Positions 12,930 through 26,164 of a stretch of 64,000 bases of DNA are shown here, piece by piece. The stretch's first letter is position 1; each line of letters starts with the position of its first letter. Location of the stretch: assembly GCF_006345805.1 (NCBI RefSeq), contig NC_042997.1:180172001-180236000 (forward strand), given 5' to 3'. The translations under genes and the position numbers were made by a program. The notes beneath the pieces are model-generated. The model was not told the DNA's origin, did not search any database, and worked only from the letters and a program-made list of their open reading frames with translations. Source of the DNA: Octopus sinensis (Eukaryota).

Positions 12930-13395
12930 CCGCGTCGGGGTAAATCGGAATTTTTCATGCTATGAATCAGGGCTTGATTAAGAACGATTGGGTTAATAGT
13001 GGCATAATAGCTCTCTATATGTCGTTGCAAGACTTTACTATTCTTACTAATTTCTAGGAGGTTAAACCATCCAACCACCTCTTGGGTATCGAACCAGAGG
13101 GCTAATCTAATTTTAGACTTAAGGACTGGTATTATCCTATCAATGATTTTGTTTTACTAATAATGCCTATAATTAGAGTTAGAAGGACTAATCAATTTGT
13201 CGACGATAAAGTTAGGTTTTTGTTCCTTAAGTATAATCCCGGATTTTCGAGGGACGTAGGGTTCGGTTCTATCATCTATATTTAGATCTCTGACGATTTG
13301 TAGCCCTGAATTGTTAATTCTTTTTAATACGTCGTTACTAGCGTGTCTATATTTGCTGCGTAATTCCTTCCTAATCATAGACTTATATAGCTCAA
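12930..13395 (-). pseudogene. PLE reverse transcriptase N-terminal fragment
   Basis: Translation ..GIILKEQKPNF..KLISPSNS..KIIDRII..WFDTQEVVGWFN..HIESYYATI resembles the PLE RT motifs ITLKDHKxNF/RLINP/FDIxxFYPSI. Confidence 0.75.
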
Positions 13396-13402
13396 TATCA
13401 AC

Positions 13403-13968
13403 ACTCTTATATTCTTTTACTTGTTACAGTCATTTGAATGTGACCATGCTGGAGCACCGCCTTTAGTCGAGCAAATCGACTCCAGAACTTATTCTTTGTA
13501 AGCCTAGTTCTTATATCGGTCTTTTTGCCGAACGGTTAAGTTACGGGAACCTAAACACACCAGCATCGGTTGTCAAGCGATGTTGGGGGGACAAACACAG
13601 ACACACAAACATATACACACACATACATACATATATATATGAGGTAGTAATTGTGCGCGGCTGAAGAAGGCCATAGACACACATTATGCATTGTTATAAA
13701 TCCGTCTAATAAAGGCCCGAAACATATGTACCGCTGAATCATTGGCATCATGTTTCTATTTTGATTAATATATATATGTATATATATATACATATATACG
13801 ATGGGCTTCTTTCAGTTTTCGTCTACCAAACCCACTCACAAGGCTTTGGTCGGCCCGAGGCTATAGTAGAAGACACTTACCCAAGGTGCCACTGCACCAG
13901 TTCTGGGGACTGAACCCGGAACCATGTGGTTGGGAAGCAAGATACTTACCACACAGCCACTCCTACGC
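13403..13968 (-). mobile_element. SINE type B interrupted by a ~130-bp insert in its internal microsatellite
   Basis: Both halves align to the 10957-11373 copy; extra sequence lies at 13641-13770. Confidence 0.88.
13657..13734 (+). ncRNA. Type I hammerhead ribozyme with long helix II, intact core
   Basis: GCGG-CTGAAGA-A-GGCC-A-TAGAC..GTCTA-ATAAA-GGCC-C-GAAA-CATATG-TA-CCGC: palindromic helix III ACATATGT, GUA site, 4-bp GC helix I. Confidence 0.75.
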
Positions 13969-14221
13969 TTAAACAACAATGTAAATGTTACTTGTTTTGT
14001 CTGAGAAAGAGAAAAAAGAATGACATGGTAGAATAGACAGACAGACACACACACACACATATAGATTCGAATAGAATTGATAGCAATATTCTTGCAAATA
14101 ATCGGAATATAAAACCGTGTCTTCTATAGGTATAATTTTTTTCTTTACTTTCCAAATACCCTCTTACGTTGGGCATTATTTTTTCTACTTTGTACACAAC
14201 CCAATGTATAACGCAAGGAGT

Positions 14222-14600
14222 GGAGGCGCAATGGCCCAGTGGTTATGGCAGCGGAGTCGCGGTCATAGGATCGCGGTTTCGATTCGCAGACCGGGCGTTG
14301 TGAGTGTTTATTGAGCGAAAACACCTAAAGTTCCACGAGGCTCCAGCAGGGGTGGTGGCGATCCCTGCTGTACTCTTTCGCCACAGCTTTCTCTCACTCT
14401 TACTTCCTGTTTCTGTTGTACCTGTATTTCAAAGGGCCGGCTTTATCACTCTCTGTGTCACGCTGAATATCCCCGAGAACTACGGTAAGGGTACACGTGT
14501 CTGTGGAGTGCTCAGCCACTTACACGTTAATTTCACGAGCAGGCTGTTCCGTTGATCGGATCAACCGGAACCCTCGTCGTCGTAACCGACGGAGTGCTTC
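14222..14600 (+). mobile_element. Full SINE type A with tail 1
   Basis: tRNA-like head and body; tail ..GGAACCCTCGTCGTCGTAACCGACGGAGTGC is also at 52002-52373. Confidence 0.9.
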
Positions 14601-15203
14601 CTTTAGTATAACGCAAAAATGCCGTTGGCTTTAGGCTCATAATTTTAAGGGTTCTACGTCTTTATCTCTTTGTTTCACTAAAATCTCTCCGTTTATTTGA
14701 TTCATTTTGAAAGACACGGTATTGACAAACCAACGTTTTACTACAATTGATAAGTAAGTGCCTGGTAGTCCTAAAAGTCCACTCGCAACTGTAAGGAGCA
14801 TCGTTATGTATTCCGATATCGAGTAACATCAAACTACCATCAGAATGATTAAACAAATTCTACTTGAATGAAATCAAATTTATAATTACGCACATTAATG
14901 GGTAATTTTAATTACATTTAACTTTGTGCTCTGAAGATCTTTCCTCTGTCTCTTGAAGACTCCGTGTCAAATGAATATCATATATCTAAACAATTAAATT
15001 CGTGCACAAGTTAATTGTTAATTGTTAATACACTACTGCTGTTAGATAATTATCTCATCACAAATTCGATTTCTCTCACACCTTTAACTGAATGCTAATA
15101 ATTACTCAATTTATTATCATAGCAATATGGCTAACTAGATTTTAACATATCAACAACTTCAAATAACAATAATAAGTATAGCTGGAGTATCAGAAACAGC
15201 AGC

Positions 15204-15204
<1 letters not shown>

Positions 15205-15288
<84 letters not shown>

Positions 15289-15322
15289 CAGCAGCACCAG
15301 CACCAGCACCAGCAGCAGCAGC

Positions 15323-15356
<34 letters not shown>

Positions 15357-15357
15357 A

Positions 15358-15407
<50 letters not shown>
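15205..15407. repeat. Compound (TAG)n/(CAG,CAC)n microsatellite
   Basis: Direct reading. Confidence 0.95.
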
Positions 15408-15954
15408 AGAGAAAATGCGGAAGAATATGGAAGGAAAAGATTTTTGTATTAATGTTTTGATTAATACCACGTGAATATGATTTTGATTTTGTTTAAAATC
15501 ATTGAAAGAGAAATACAATCATAAACCAATACACAAAATGTACAAAATATTTAATTATGCTGAGAGAAGGAAAAATTCCGAAATCTTGACATTGCATCAT
15601 CGTCGGGAACTTAATGGAAAAAAAAGAGAAATAATGAAAGGATCTTACGTACAAAGCGTACAAAGCAAAACGTGGAAGTGATATAGAAAAGCGGAAATGT
15701 TGTTTTGGAGCCAACGAGCGAGAGGAGAGAGAAAAACATGGTCGATGCGGAGGAAGTATGAGAAGAGACACTGCATTGGTGCATGTGTTTGTATGTAAAT
15801 ATGTTTGGGCATAGAGTACGGATACGCACACATATGGACGCACTATATAGATTCACACATATACATATAAATTACATAGTTAGATGGATAGATAGATACA
15901 GATTATAGATATACATACATACACACATACATACATACATACATGCATATATGC

Positions 15955-16190
15955 ATACCTATTTCTTTATTACTCACAAGGGGCTAAACATAGAAGGGAC
16001 AAACAAGGACAGACATAGGTATTAAGTCGATTACATCGACCCCGGTGCGTAACTGGTACTTAATTTATCGACCCTGAAAGGATGAAAGGTAAAGTCAACC
16101 TCGGCGGAATTTGAACTCACAACATAACGGCAGACGAAATACCGCTAAGCATTTCGCCCGGCGTGCTAACGTTTCTGCCAGCTCGCCGCC
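15955..16190 (-). mobile_element. SINE type C, full length
   Basis: Reverse complement of the 21893-22122 copy; B-box GAGTTCAAATTCC. Confidence 0.9.
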
Positions 16191-16204
16191 TTTATAAACA
16201 TACC

Positions 16205-16495
16205 ACATACATACATGCATGCATGCATACATACATACATACATACATACACATATACATATATATATACATACATACATACATACATACACATATACAT
16301 ATATACATACATACATACATACATACATACATACATACATACATACATACATACACATATACATATATATATACATACATACATACATACATACATACAC
16401 ATATACATATATACATACATACATACATACATACATACATACATACATACATACATACATACATACATACATACATACATACATACATACATACG
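16205..16495. repeat. (TACA)n/(TA)n compound microsatellite
   Basis: Direct reading; source of the YIHT and MYVC ORFs. Confidence 0.97.
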
Positions 16496-16751
16496 AACGT
16501 ACGTACTTACATACATACAGAAATACATACTTGCAGGCATAAAAAAATGATGGTCAATGTTTCAAAAGCTTTGCTCTTGTGTTTTTTCTTTGTCTTTATT
16601 CAAATAATACTAGTCTAGATGTAAATAACAGCAACAACTATACAAAAGGAGACAACACATTAGAGAGAGTTCAACATCAATTGGATGCAGGAGCACATCG
16701 TAAGATCCCTTATGATAAATCAGAGAGTGCAATAATGGTTAAATTTATATA

Positions 16752-16798
<47 letters not shown>

Positions 16799-17164
16799 TA
16801 TATATATATGTGTGTGTTTATGTGTGTGTAGACAACAGATAGATAGATAAATATATATATATACATACAAATATACATATATACATACATATGTGCATAT
16901 ATATATATATACGCATACACATACACACACGTAACTACCTCGAAACCACAAGAGGAAAAAAAAAAGAAGACAGAGACAGGCAGAAACAAGGAAAATGCCA
17001 CTTGTATTTGAATACTATGGACCTATTTGTTTTTAAAATTTTCTTTCACTGTTTCGACAATTTAATTGTTTTCTATACTTAGAGTTGAAAACTTCTCAAT
17101 GACTTAAACCGGTACTACAATAACTTTCATGGAATTATTTTAGCATATTCTACCGTGAAATGTT

Positions 17165-17217
<53 letters not shown>

Positions 17218-17344
17218 TATAGATATATATGTATATATATAATACAAATAAAATATATATGCATATATACATACGTATATGTAGATAATTACATCTATAC
17301 GTATATATATATATATATATATATACATACACACACACACACAC

Positions 17345-17424
<80 letters not shown>

Positions 17425-17425
17425 G
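17165..17425. repeat. (TA)n/(CA)n compound microsatellite
   Basis: Direct reading. Confidence 0.96.
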
Positions 17426-17429
17426 CATA

Positions 17430-18000
17430 TGTGGGCACGGACGTCACGAAAGGTGTACAACAGAATGTACGAAGCACGAGTACATGGAACATGAACTATT
17501 GTTTCGAACAACGAAAGACTCAAATGGAAAACAAAATAAATAACATAAAGAACGACCCTTCACCAGTTGTTGGCTATTTCTTGTATTCCCGTATTTCGAG
17601 CATTTAACAACAATATACTCTTTCGATAAAACAGTTGCTCAGGCAAAGAAAATTGAATAAAATGTGGTATGTTACGGAGAGTCAAAATATGTAACACAAA
17701 CAGGACAGTGAAAACAAACAGTAAGGGCTGCTAAGCCCAATCGAGATTGTTGTGGAGAACGCTTAAATAAAGCTAGGACAGGAATCAGACAAGAACACGT
17801 CTTCTTTGTTCCGGCTATAACGGAAAGAATGGAATAAAGAAAGGTGGTCGATGGTCACGTAGGAGCCACGCGAACAAGGGAGGTCGATTGAGGGAGAGGG
17901 AGTGACAGCGTAATAGGATAGAACAGTGGGAGAACTGGAGCTAAAAGAATAAGAGAGAGAAAAAGAAAGAAAAACAAATGAGTAAAAAGATCGTATGCAG
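17430..18000 (-). mobile_element. PLE 3' UTR/pLTR-like repeat with decayed HHR
   Basis: 17520-17720 aligns in inverted orientation to 24790-25000, the 3' region of the PLE at 23430. Confidence 0.55.
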
Positions 18001-18099
18001 TGCACATCAGAATTGCTAAGATAAAACTTACTTGGAAGAGGATGTCTAACAAACATCAGGATCAATAAATCCCGGAAGAACCATCATGTTCCCAAGTCA

Positions 18100-18283
18100 G
18101 CTACGTCTGTACTTCATTAGTGGAATGTAATCCTTGTTCTTGGTCAAGATCTGGGACAACTTCCTCTCTGTTTTCAGAGTTGGGTCTTTCATTACTTTTC
18201 TGTAGGTACCATCAATTATAAGACTTGCCAAGTTTTCCGAGTGGTTAGATTTGTTTATCCCCACTGTAGCATTTACCTTGATG
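18100..18283 (-). pseudogene. Inverted pre-RT fragment of a Penelope-type ORF
   Basis: KVNATVGINKSNHSENLASLIIDGTYRKVMKDPTLKTERKL resembles the PLE DKGNATV..DY..KL..Y...KDPT motif. Confidence 0.75.
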
Positions 18284-18309
18284 AACAAATCTGACTACTC
18301 GGAAAACTT

Positions 18310-18783
18310 ACTCTATTTAAAAGGCCTCTACGAAATGATACAAAAGATATGCGGCCCATATGACATCAGGACAGTTTTCAAGAGTAATACAATACTTCGC
18401 AAATATCTGTTTCGAGTAAAACCACTAATAGAAGAGAATATGACCAAAAACTGCGTGTGCTCCATCCCATGTAGCTGTGGTAGGTTATACAAAGGTGAAA
18501 CATGCTGCCCCTCAAAATAAGAATAGATGTACATCGCAAAGCTGTGACAAAAGGAGATATTCATAAATCAGGTATAGCTGATCATGTGTGGAAAAATGGA
18601 GACCACCTCCCCTGGTGGGATGAAGTTAAAATAATAGAGAGAGAACACCACTTGAAAATACGAAAACTAAAAGAAGTAGCACATATGCTAGGACGCAACA
18701 ACTTCCTAAGCAGACTGAGTGCAGATATGAATAGCATATGGGAAACGGTATTAAGGAAGGATAGGAAAATATTAAATTTATAA
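18310..18783 (+). pseudogene. Penelope-type linker and GIY-YIG endonuclease, one frameshift
   Basis: YLKGL..IRTVFKSN..NCVCSIPCSCGRLYKGETC-PLKIRIDVHRKAV..KSGIADHVW..WDEVKIIERE..RKLKE. Confidence 0.9.
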
Positions 18784-18808
18784 GCCCTAAAATTCAGTAT
18801 ATAAATTT

Positions 18809-19102
18809 CCACGGGCATATGGCGTAGTGGTTAAGAGCGAATGCTATTAACCCCAATATTCCGAGTTCGATTCCAAGCAGTGACCTGATTATTATTATTA
18901 TTATTAATAATAATAATAATAATAACATCAAAAACTACTTTAGGAATGAGCACCCAGGTGCAAAATTTCCCCAAGACACCAGATGAAGGCTGGAGGGTAT
19001 ATCAGCCGAAAAGTTGTGTTAACAACAAACAAGATGAGGAAAAATATCCGTCAAATGTAAATAATGTAAACAATGTACATAATTCCTCATGTCTTAAATA
19101 TA
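18809..19102 (+). mobile_element. PLE 3' repeat: tRNA-like head, (AAT)n, decayed HHR, tail
   Basis: Homologous to 8336-8622. The HHR at 18976-19018 has two substitutions (CAGATGA, GAAAAGTT). Confidence 0.82.
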
Positions 19103-20760
19103 CAAGTGTCTTTTGGAGTGTTTTAATTTGATAAGTGTTAAAAAAATAGCGACTTAAATGCATAGGATAAGATCATAACATTATTTAGCCCTTCTTCACA
19201 TGGAATCCCTTGCAGTAGAAAGCGAGATTACCTTGGATATTTTCGCATCTGAAGTTTATTCTATCAAGCATAGTTCGTGTATAATTTATTATATTCTTTT
19301 AATACATAGACTGGAGAATTTTTAGACTGCAAAACCGAGAATATGATATAAATATACTTTTCTCGAGGCATTGTTAATGTAAATTAATTGAAATCTTTCC
19401 ACCTGAGAATCAAAACCAAGATGCAAACTCGTTTTACTGTGAAATTTATGGTATTGAATTCTGGCACTATAATAACTTGTTATATGTATATAAGTGCATG
19501 TATTATAATCAGCTTTCAGCAATCACTATATGTCATGCATTCTTAATAAAATTTATTGCCCAAAGCAAAATATAGAAACTTCCATGAATAATTACACATG
19601 TCGCAATTCTCGATTAGAATATACCATACGACAGAAAAGAAATAATGATGCGAAGAAATATACAGGCGTTATAAATATAATATCTTACGTAAACTATGGT
19701 GTTTGAAAGTAACTGCAATAAGACATATATAACTACTGTTGAAATATATTTCTGTGTAATTAACATATGTTAACGAAATCACACAACATACTAGGAAAAT
19801 ATTCTGAGTATAACAAACACTCAAAATATGCTGAAGTAATCATTGCAGACCCAAATCGCTAGAGGTCTAGAGAGATGCTTCAGAAATCTCGTTAGAAAGA
19901 AAGTGATGCATGATTATTTAGCAAATATTCATGAATTGTTCAAAATAAAATATACAAAACAGCTAAAAGTGAATTTCTCATGTATTTTCCATTTAAAGTC
20001 AAATATCAGATTTCGAGATATGCTGTGTGACACATTGAAACACATCAGTAAGATACTGATTGAAACATGAGGAAGTAAAGGTAGTGATAAAGATTAAAGC
20101 CTGAAAGCTAATATATTCGGCTCACATTCTTACATGGCATTAAATTCTTAATTCTAATGTGGATGATAGCCTACGTCAGAATTAACATTAGTAGCGAATC
20201 TGAAAATCCGTATCTAATCTCCCATCGATGACAATAACTAATTACTTCTACGTAGGCATTAATCGATAATGCCTATATCAGTATCTAATTATTTCTATAT
20301 CTAAACGGACTTATTTCATAATTAATATCAATATCCATGGAAACATGTTTTATTATAATCTTCCTAAATGCTATCAATACATGAGTGTTGCGATACATGT
20401 TTTAGATATTATATCTAATCTAACGAATCTAGTGAAACACATCAAATATATTGAAATAAACGAGCGCACTCGGGGACACATACTTAAAGTAATATATACT
20501 CACGCACGCACAGAAACATGCGGGTGGGTATGGATATATGCATATGAGAATGTATGTGTCTGTGTGTGTACATGTGTATGTACGTGTATGTGTATGTGTG
20601 CGTTTGGTGTGGGTGTTGTGTGTGTGTGTGTAGTGTATGATCGCGTGTACAATCAGATATACATGTTGGTATAAGTATTTGTACATTTCCGAACAGAAAA
20701 CACCGATGTATATATGCGATAGTCTTTGTGCATGTGTGTGTTTGCGTTTGTGTGTGTGAG

Positions 20761-20796
<36 letters not shown>

Positions 20797-20997
20797 TGTG
20801 TGTCTGTGTGTCTGTGTGTGTGTGTATGTCTGTATGTCTGTGTGTGTGTCTGTGTATTTTTGTTGGTGTGTATTTGTGTATCCAAGGAAAATACCCGTGT
20901 TTCACACGTTTAGAAATAGCTAGAAATGGTTCAAATTTACACCTAATGAAGGCATGTTCATTTAACAGGTTACTATTTTATTATTTTGGGATTTCGT

Positions 20998-21394
20998 TTT
21001 TTTTACTTGGTTCAGTCATTTAACTGCGGCCATGCTGGAGCACCCCCTTTAGTCGAGCAAATCGACACCAGAGCTTATTTTTTGTAAGTCTCGTACTTAT
21101 TCTATCGGTCTCTTTTGCAGAACCGCTAAGTTACGGGAACATAAACACACCAGCATCGGTTGTCAAGCGATGTTGGAGGGACAAACATAAACACACAAAA
21201 ATACACAGACACACACACGTATATATATATACGACGGGTTTTTCCAGTTTTCGTCTACCAAATCCACTCACAAGGCTATGGTCGCCACGAGGCTATAGTA
21301 GAAGACACTTGCGCAAGGTGCTACGCAGTGGAACTGAACCCATGACAATGTGTTTGGTAAGCAAGCTACTTACCACACAGTTACACCTGCGCCT
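20998..21394 (-). mobile_element. SINE type B
   Basis: Aligns with 10957-11373. Confidence 0.9.
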
Positions 21395-21892
21395 ATGTTT
21401 TCTGACATTTAAGTAATGAAAATCTTTTGAAGTGCGCGTATAGCAGACACATATTTCGTACTGCACCAATCATTATCCATATGAAATAAGAAAACTTGAT
21501 GAAGTGAATGTGAAAATAAGTATATTTCTTTTGAAACTGTTATTCGCCATAGAATATTAAATTTCATTCATGAAAATCAAAACATAAATATTGGGTGATG
21601 AGACAAAAATGGAAATATTATTCTCATATTCATACTATATAGATATGGCAGTTTTAGAGAAAACCTGAACATTACAACCTCTGTGGATGCGGTGCCAAAG
21701 GCATAATATTAAAGTCGCGATGACATGCGGCTTCTGTAATAGATCTGTACTCATCATCACAGCAACTTTTCATGGCAATTTAATGCCAACGCCAGAATTT
21801 TTTATCTCTCTGATTGTAACAAAAGAAACATCAATAGAAGACACACACGCACACGCACTTACATACTCACATATATATACATTTAAACAAAA

Positions 21893-22122
21893 GGCGGCCA
21901 GCTGGCAGAAACGTTACCACGCCGGGCGAAATGCGTAGCCGTATTTCGTCTGCCGTTACGTTCTGGGTTCAAATTCCTCCGTGGTCGACTTTGCTTTTCA
22001 TCCTTTCGGGATCGATAAATTAAGTACCAGTTACGCACTGGGGTCGATGTAATCGACTTAATCCGTTTGTCTGTCCTCGTTTGTCCCCTCTGCGTTTAGC
22101 CCCTTGTGGGTAGTAAAGAAAT
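21893..22122 (+). mobile_element. SINE type C, full length
   Basis: Aligns with 15955-16190. Confidence 0.9.
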
Positions 22123-22544
22123 ATATATATACATTTAATACACAAACACACGCACATATAATCGACGGCACATAGTCAGTGTGTGTTCTTGCTTGTTCGC
22201 CAGTACGCTAACGTATAACGCTTTGGGAACGATTCACTTATAGCCTTGGATGCTAAAGCACCTAAATCGAGCCTGGGACGAACTGAATCATCCGTCTGTG
22301 ACTATACATAATTCAGATAAGGTCCAAAAAATGACGAAATATCGATATCCATCTCTCCTGAAAGGAATTGCAGGCGAGTTGCCTCGCCTCTGTATGACTT
22401 TCAGACTTTTAACATACAGTGCTATGAGGATGTCATTCCCAAAGCGCTATCAAGACGATGTCATACTATAAACTTGTTTGCGGAAGGCAACAGAAGTTAC
22501 CGAGGCTTGACTAAGAAATTTTGCTGCTCCAACCGTTTTCACCC

Positions 22545-23062
22545 TATTTTGCGGCACTTGACAGCGCAAAAAATTGGTACGACCACAAACCTGATGGCAT
22601 CGTCGTAAATAGGAAAGCAAAGATCCTATGGGATTTTATGATTAGGTCCGACCATGAGATAGAGAATAAGAAGCTGGATATAGTCTTAATTGAGAAATAA
22701 AACAAACTATACTGGATCATAGATATAGCATTCCCAGCTGACAAAAAGGAATGCAATAAGGAAGAAAGGAAAGTTGAGCGATATGATAGGTTAGCTTGGG
22801 AAGTTAAGTAATTGTGGTCGATGAAAAATGTAGCAGTAGTACAAATAATTGTCGGATCCCTGGGTACAGTGAGCAAAATTCTTGAGCAGTACATGGAACA
22901 CATAAGGGCTGCAATAAGGGTGGTGCTCTTGCAGAAAATAGCACTGCTTGGAACTGCTAGAACACCCCGGAAAGTTCTAGAAAATTATGAGGTGTTACTT
23001 TAGTTCACTGTTGTTGAACAGCAGACATTGTTCAACTACAGCGTTAGAAGCTGAGCAAAGGC

Positions 23063-23140
<78 letters not shown>
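22545..23140 (+). mobile_element. 5'-truncated R4/Dong-type LINE (restriction-like endonuclease) with (AAT)n tail
   Basis: WYDHKPDG..ILWDFMIRSDH..KKLDIVLI..IIDIA..KVERYDRL..IIVGSLGTV..LQKIALLGTAR..RKVL; 3' UTR stem GTTGAACA/TGTTCAAC (23013-23036); (AAT)n 23063-23140. Confidence 0.88.
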
Positions 23141-23141
<1 letters not shown>

Positions 23142-23429
23142 GATATAATAAACTAGACAATTGTAAAAATATAATTAAACATTGGCTGAGAATCATATTA
23201 TACATGAAAATAAGAATAATGATAATAATACAGGTGATAAGAAACGGAAAAATAATAATTGGATAAATAATAATTATTGTAAACTTCTACTAAAAAAAGA
23301 ATAACAAGAAGAAGCGAACTAAAATAAAAATAAAAATGAGAAGAATATGAAAAACAAAATAGTTAGGAAGAAATTTATACTATGCGTGAATAAAAACTAT
23401 ATTGGGTGGGGGAAATGAAAACGAGAATA

Positions 23430-24190
23430 AGGAAGATTTGGAAAAAGCTATATGAATCATAATTCCCTTCGCGAAACAATTAAAGACTAATTTTGTTCAA
23501 TCTATTAGGCAGATTATAAATAAAAACTTTAAGAACATTAGATATGGGGAAAATATTTAATGGCAAATATATAAGAATTGGATTCTTTGTTTCCCAAAAT
23601 CTCTTTACAATAATATCATCGATAAATAACAGAAAACTTGATCAATTCTGCGAAAATAGAAACAAAAATAGAAACGAATAGAAAAAGGTAGAAGAAAATA
23701 TGGATAACTGTAAGAACACCTACATAGACAAAACGAAATATGAATCTACAACTGATAATAGTACTACAGATTCCATTCAAAATAAATACTGTAATTGTAG
23801 AGGTTCTGAAAGATGCAAGTTAGACAGGGATTGCAAAAGAAAAAGCGTCGTATACCAGGTGATTCTAACTACCCAATATAGGAGAAACGGAGAACTGGGT
23901 TAAATTTAGAATAGTGAATCATGAATCGACATTTAGGGAGAAAATAAAATGGCTAGTGCAGAATTATCAAGAAAAATATGGCAACTGGAAGGAAATAAAT
24001 TTAACTACATAATTAAATGGTAGATTTTAGCACACGCTCGAAATTACAAAATTAATAATAAATTCTGTAAATTATGCGTGGAAGAAAACTATAAAATAAT
24101 GAAAACAAAAAGAAACCTTATTAACATGAGAAATAAAAACCTACCCTCATGTAAACACATAACCAAATATCTATTTATGAAACTTAAGTG
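23430..24190 (+). pseudogene. PLE thumb, linker and GIY-YIG endonuclease (CNC-x-C type), degenerate
   Basis: IIPFAKQLKTNF..KIFN..IISSINNRKL..CNCRGSERCKLDRDC..SVVYQV..NHESTF..AELSRKIWQL..IKW-IL..CKLCVEE..SCKH. Confidence 0.82.
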
Positions 24191-25060
24191 AAGTATAAAT
24201 GGGATTTGATGTCAGTTAAAAATGAAAATCCAATTTTAAAACTATATATATACATGAATATATTAAATTAATAGCTGAAATTAGGTATTTAAATAGGAAA
24301 ATATTAAGTAACAAGAACACTATAGAGACTAAGTTGTCAAGAAAATATAATAGAAATTATACTCAACTAAAATTGAATATCACTATACGAATATATCTGA
24401 TACCAGAGAGTATATCTATATGTGTATGTATGTACATGTGAATATAAAAAATGTATACAGGTATATAAACCTATTTCCAGGGAAGTGTATCTTTATCTAT
24501 TTGATGCGACTCTACTCTATACTGTTCCTCTCTTATCTATTCTCTAATTCTCTTTTTCCAACCATACACAGTTTTCTATCTGTATTCCTCTCCTTATTCC
24601 TCTCTTTCTCTCTCTCTCGTTGCACACACGTGACTGTCGTCCAACTTTCTCTGCCTCACGTGATCATCTTTCTTTTCTTTCAGGACTGCATTAAGGACAT
24701 CACGTATCCTATCTCTTCTACCTTTTCTCTTGCCAAAGAAAAAATATTTCTCCAGCGATCGCTATTTTACCCTCGTTCGGTTTCATTGTATGTCTCCACT
24801 GTCCTGGTTTTGCTCCCACCTTTGACTCTTCAATAAATCCCAAATTTTGATTTGGTACTTATGGGAGTAACTGTCTTTGAAGACTCATATTGTCGTTCAA
24901 TGCTCGAAATGAGTTGTAGATAGACTGCCGACAACTGAAGAAGTATCGTTCTTTATGTTACTTGTCCTGTTTTCCATATTCTCGTTTGCAAATTGAACTA
25001 ATTTCCTTTCGTATTTCATGTTGGTTACTGTTGATGTCGTCCTGTATCCGTATATGCATG
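24190..25060 (+). mobile_element. 3' UTR/pLTR of the 23430 PLE with decayed HHR near 24872-24912
   Basis: Pyrimidine tract then CTTTGAAGA..CATATTG-TCGTT-CAATGCTC-GAAA; homologous to 17430-18000(-). Confidence 0.55.
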
Positions 25061-25746
25061 TGAGTATATATATACATATATATATAACTAATGTAGGATA
25101 AAATATTTTCGAAAAAAATTTTATCAATGGCCAGCATATCAAAAAATACCTTTAAGGGTTAAATTTATATATAACTTACAAAATAAGGGCAAAAGAAAAA
25201 TTCTAATGCCAAATATATATATAAATTATATATATATGTATAATTTATATTATTATTTAATTGAACGCCACGCATCCATTTCGAAGTAAGTTTATATTTA
25301 AAATATCTATATGGTTCGATTATATTATAAGTCTATGAGCATTAATATTTCTGTGACAAAATATATATGCAACTATACAGAGATAAAATTAATGAATAAA
25401 GAAATAACCTATGTTATAGGATCACAATGATTAATAATCGTAATAAATAATTGAAGGAATCCCCTCTACTATATCAGGATTTCTGGGCCATGTGGTATGC
25501 AAATTTTCATTATGTTGATGATATACATTTATTTTTTATGTTGTATTGGTTAATATAATTATGAATTGTATATATGTGTATGCGCATTTGATATGTATAG
25601 GTGCGCATTGAGGTAAAAATATATGACAGTATATGCTAGTATGTTTATATATTAAGAAGTTATTACTGGTTAATAAGCACATACGCACATGGATCTATAT
25701 GTATGTGAATATATGTCTATGTATTAAAAATATATATACGTGTACG

Positions 25747-25805
<59 letters not shown>

Positions 25806-25857
25806 AAGATACATAGATAGATATAGATATAGATATATACATACACATGTGTATATA

Positions 25858-26164
25858 ATGTTGTTTGTTCCTTCTTGAGCCATGCCTGGATCATAAGTGC
25901 CGGTTTCCCGGTTTCCTTGGCGTATAGGTTCCCCACCTGGACGGGACGCCGGTCCGTCGCAGGTGAGCTGCAAGATGCAGAAGGAAAGATTGAGAGAAAG
26001 TTGTGGCGAAAGAGTCAACAGAAGTTCGCCATTACCTTCTGCCGGAGCCGCGTGCAGCTTAGGTGTTTTCACTCATAAACGCACACATCACCCAGTCTGA
26101 GATTCGAACTCGCGATCCCTCGACCGCGAGTTCGCTGCTCTAACCACAAACCATATGTCTCCAC
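25858..26164 (-). mobile_element. SINE type A head with tail 2
   Basis: A head and body followed by GACGGACCGGCGTCCCGTCCAGG..GGAAACCGG..GGCATGGCTCAAGAAGGAACA. Confidence 0.88.

Noticed and set aside
16095-17607. Many 60-170 aa ORFs (YIHT, MYVC, IYIY repeats) here and at 20.4, 29, 36-37, 46, 53.6 and 62.7 kb
   Set aside because: They are stop-free readings of (TA)n, (CA)n and (TACA)n microsatellites with no domain content.
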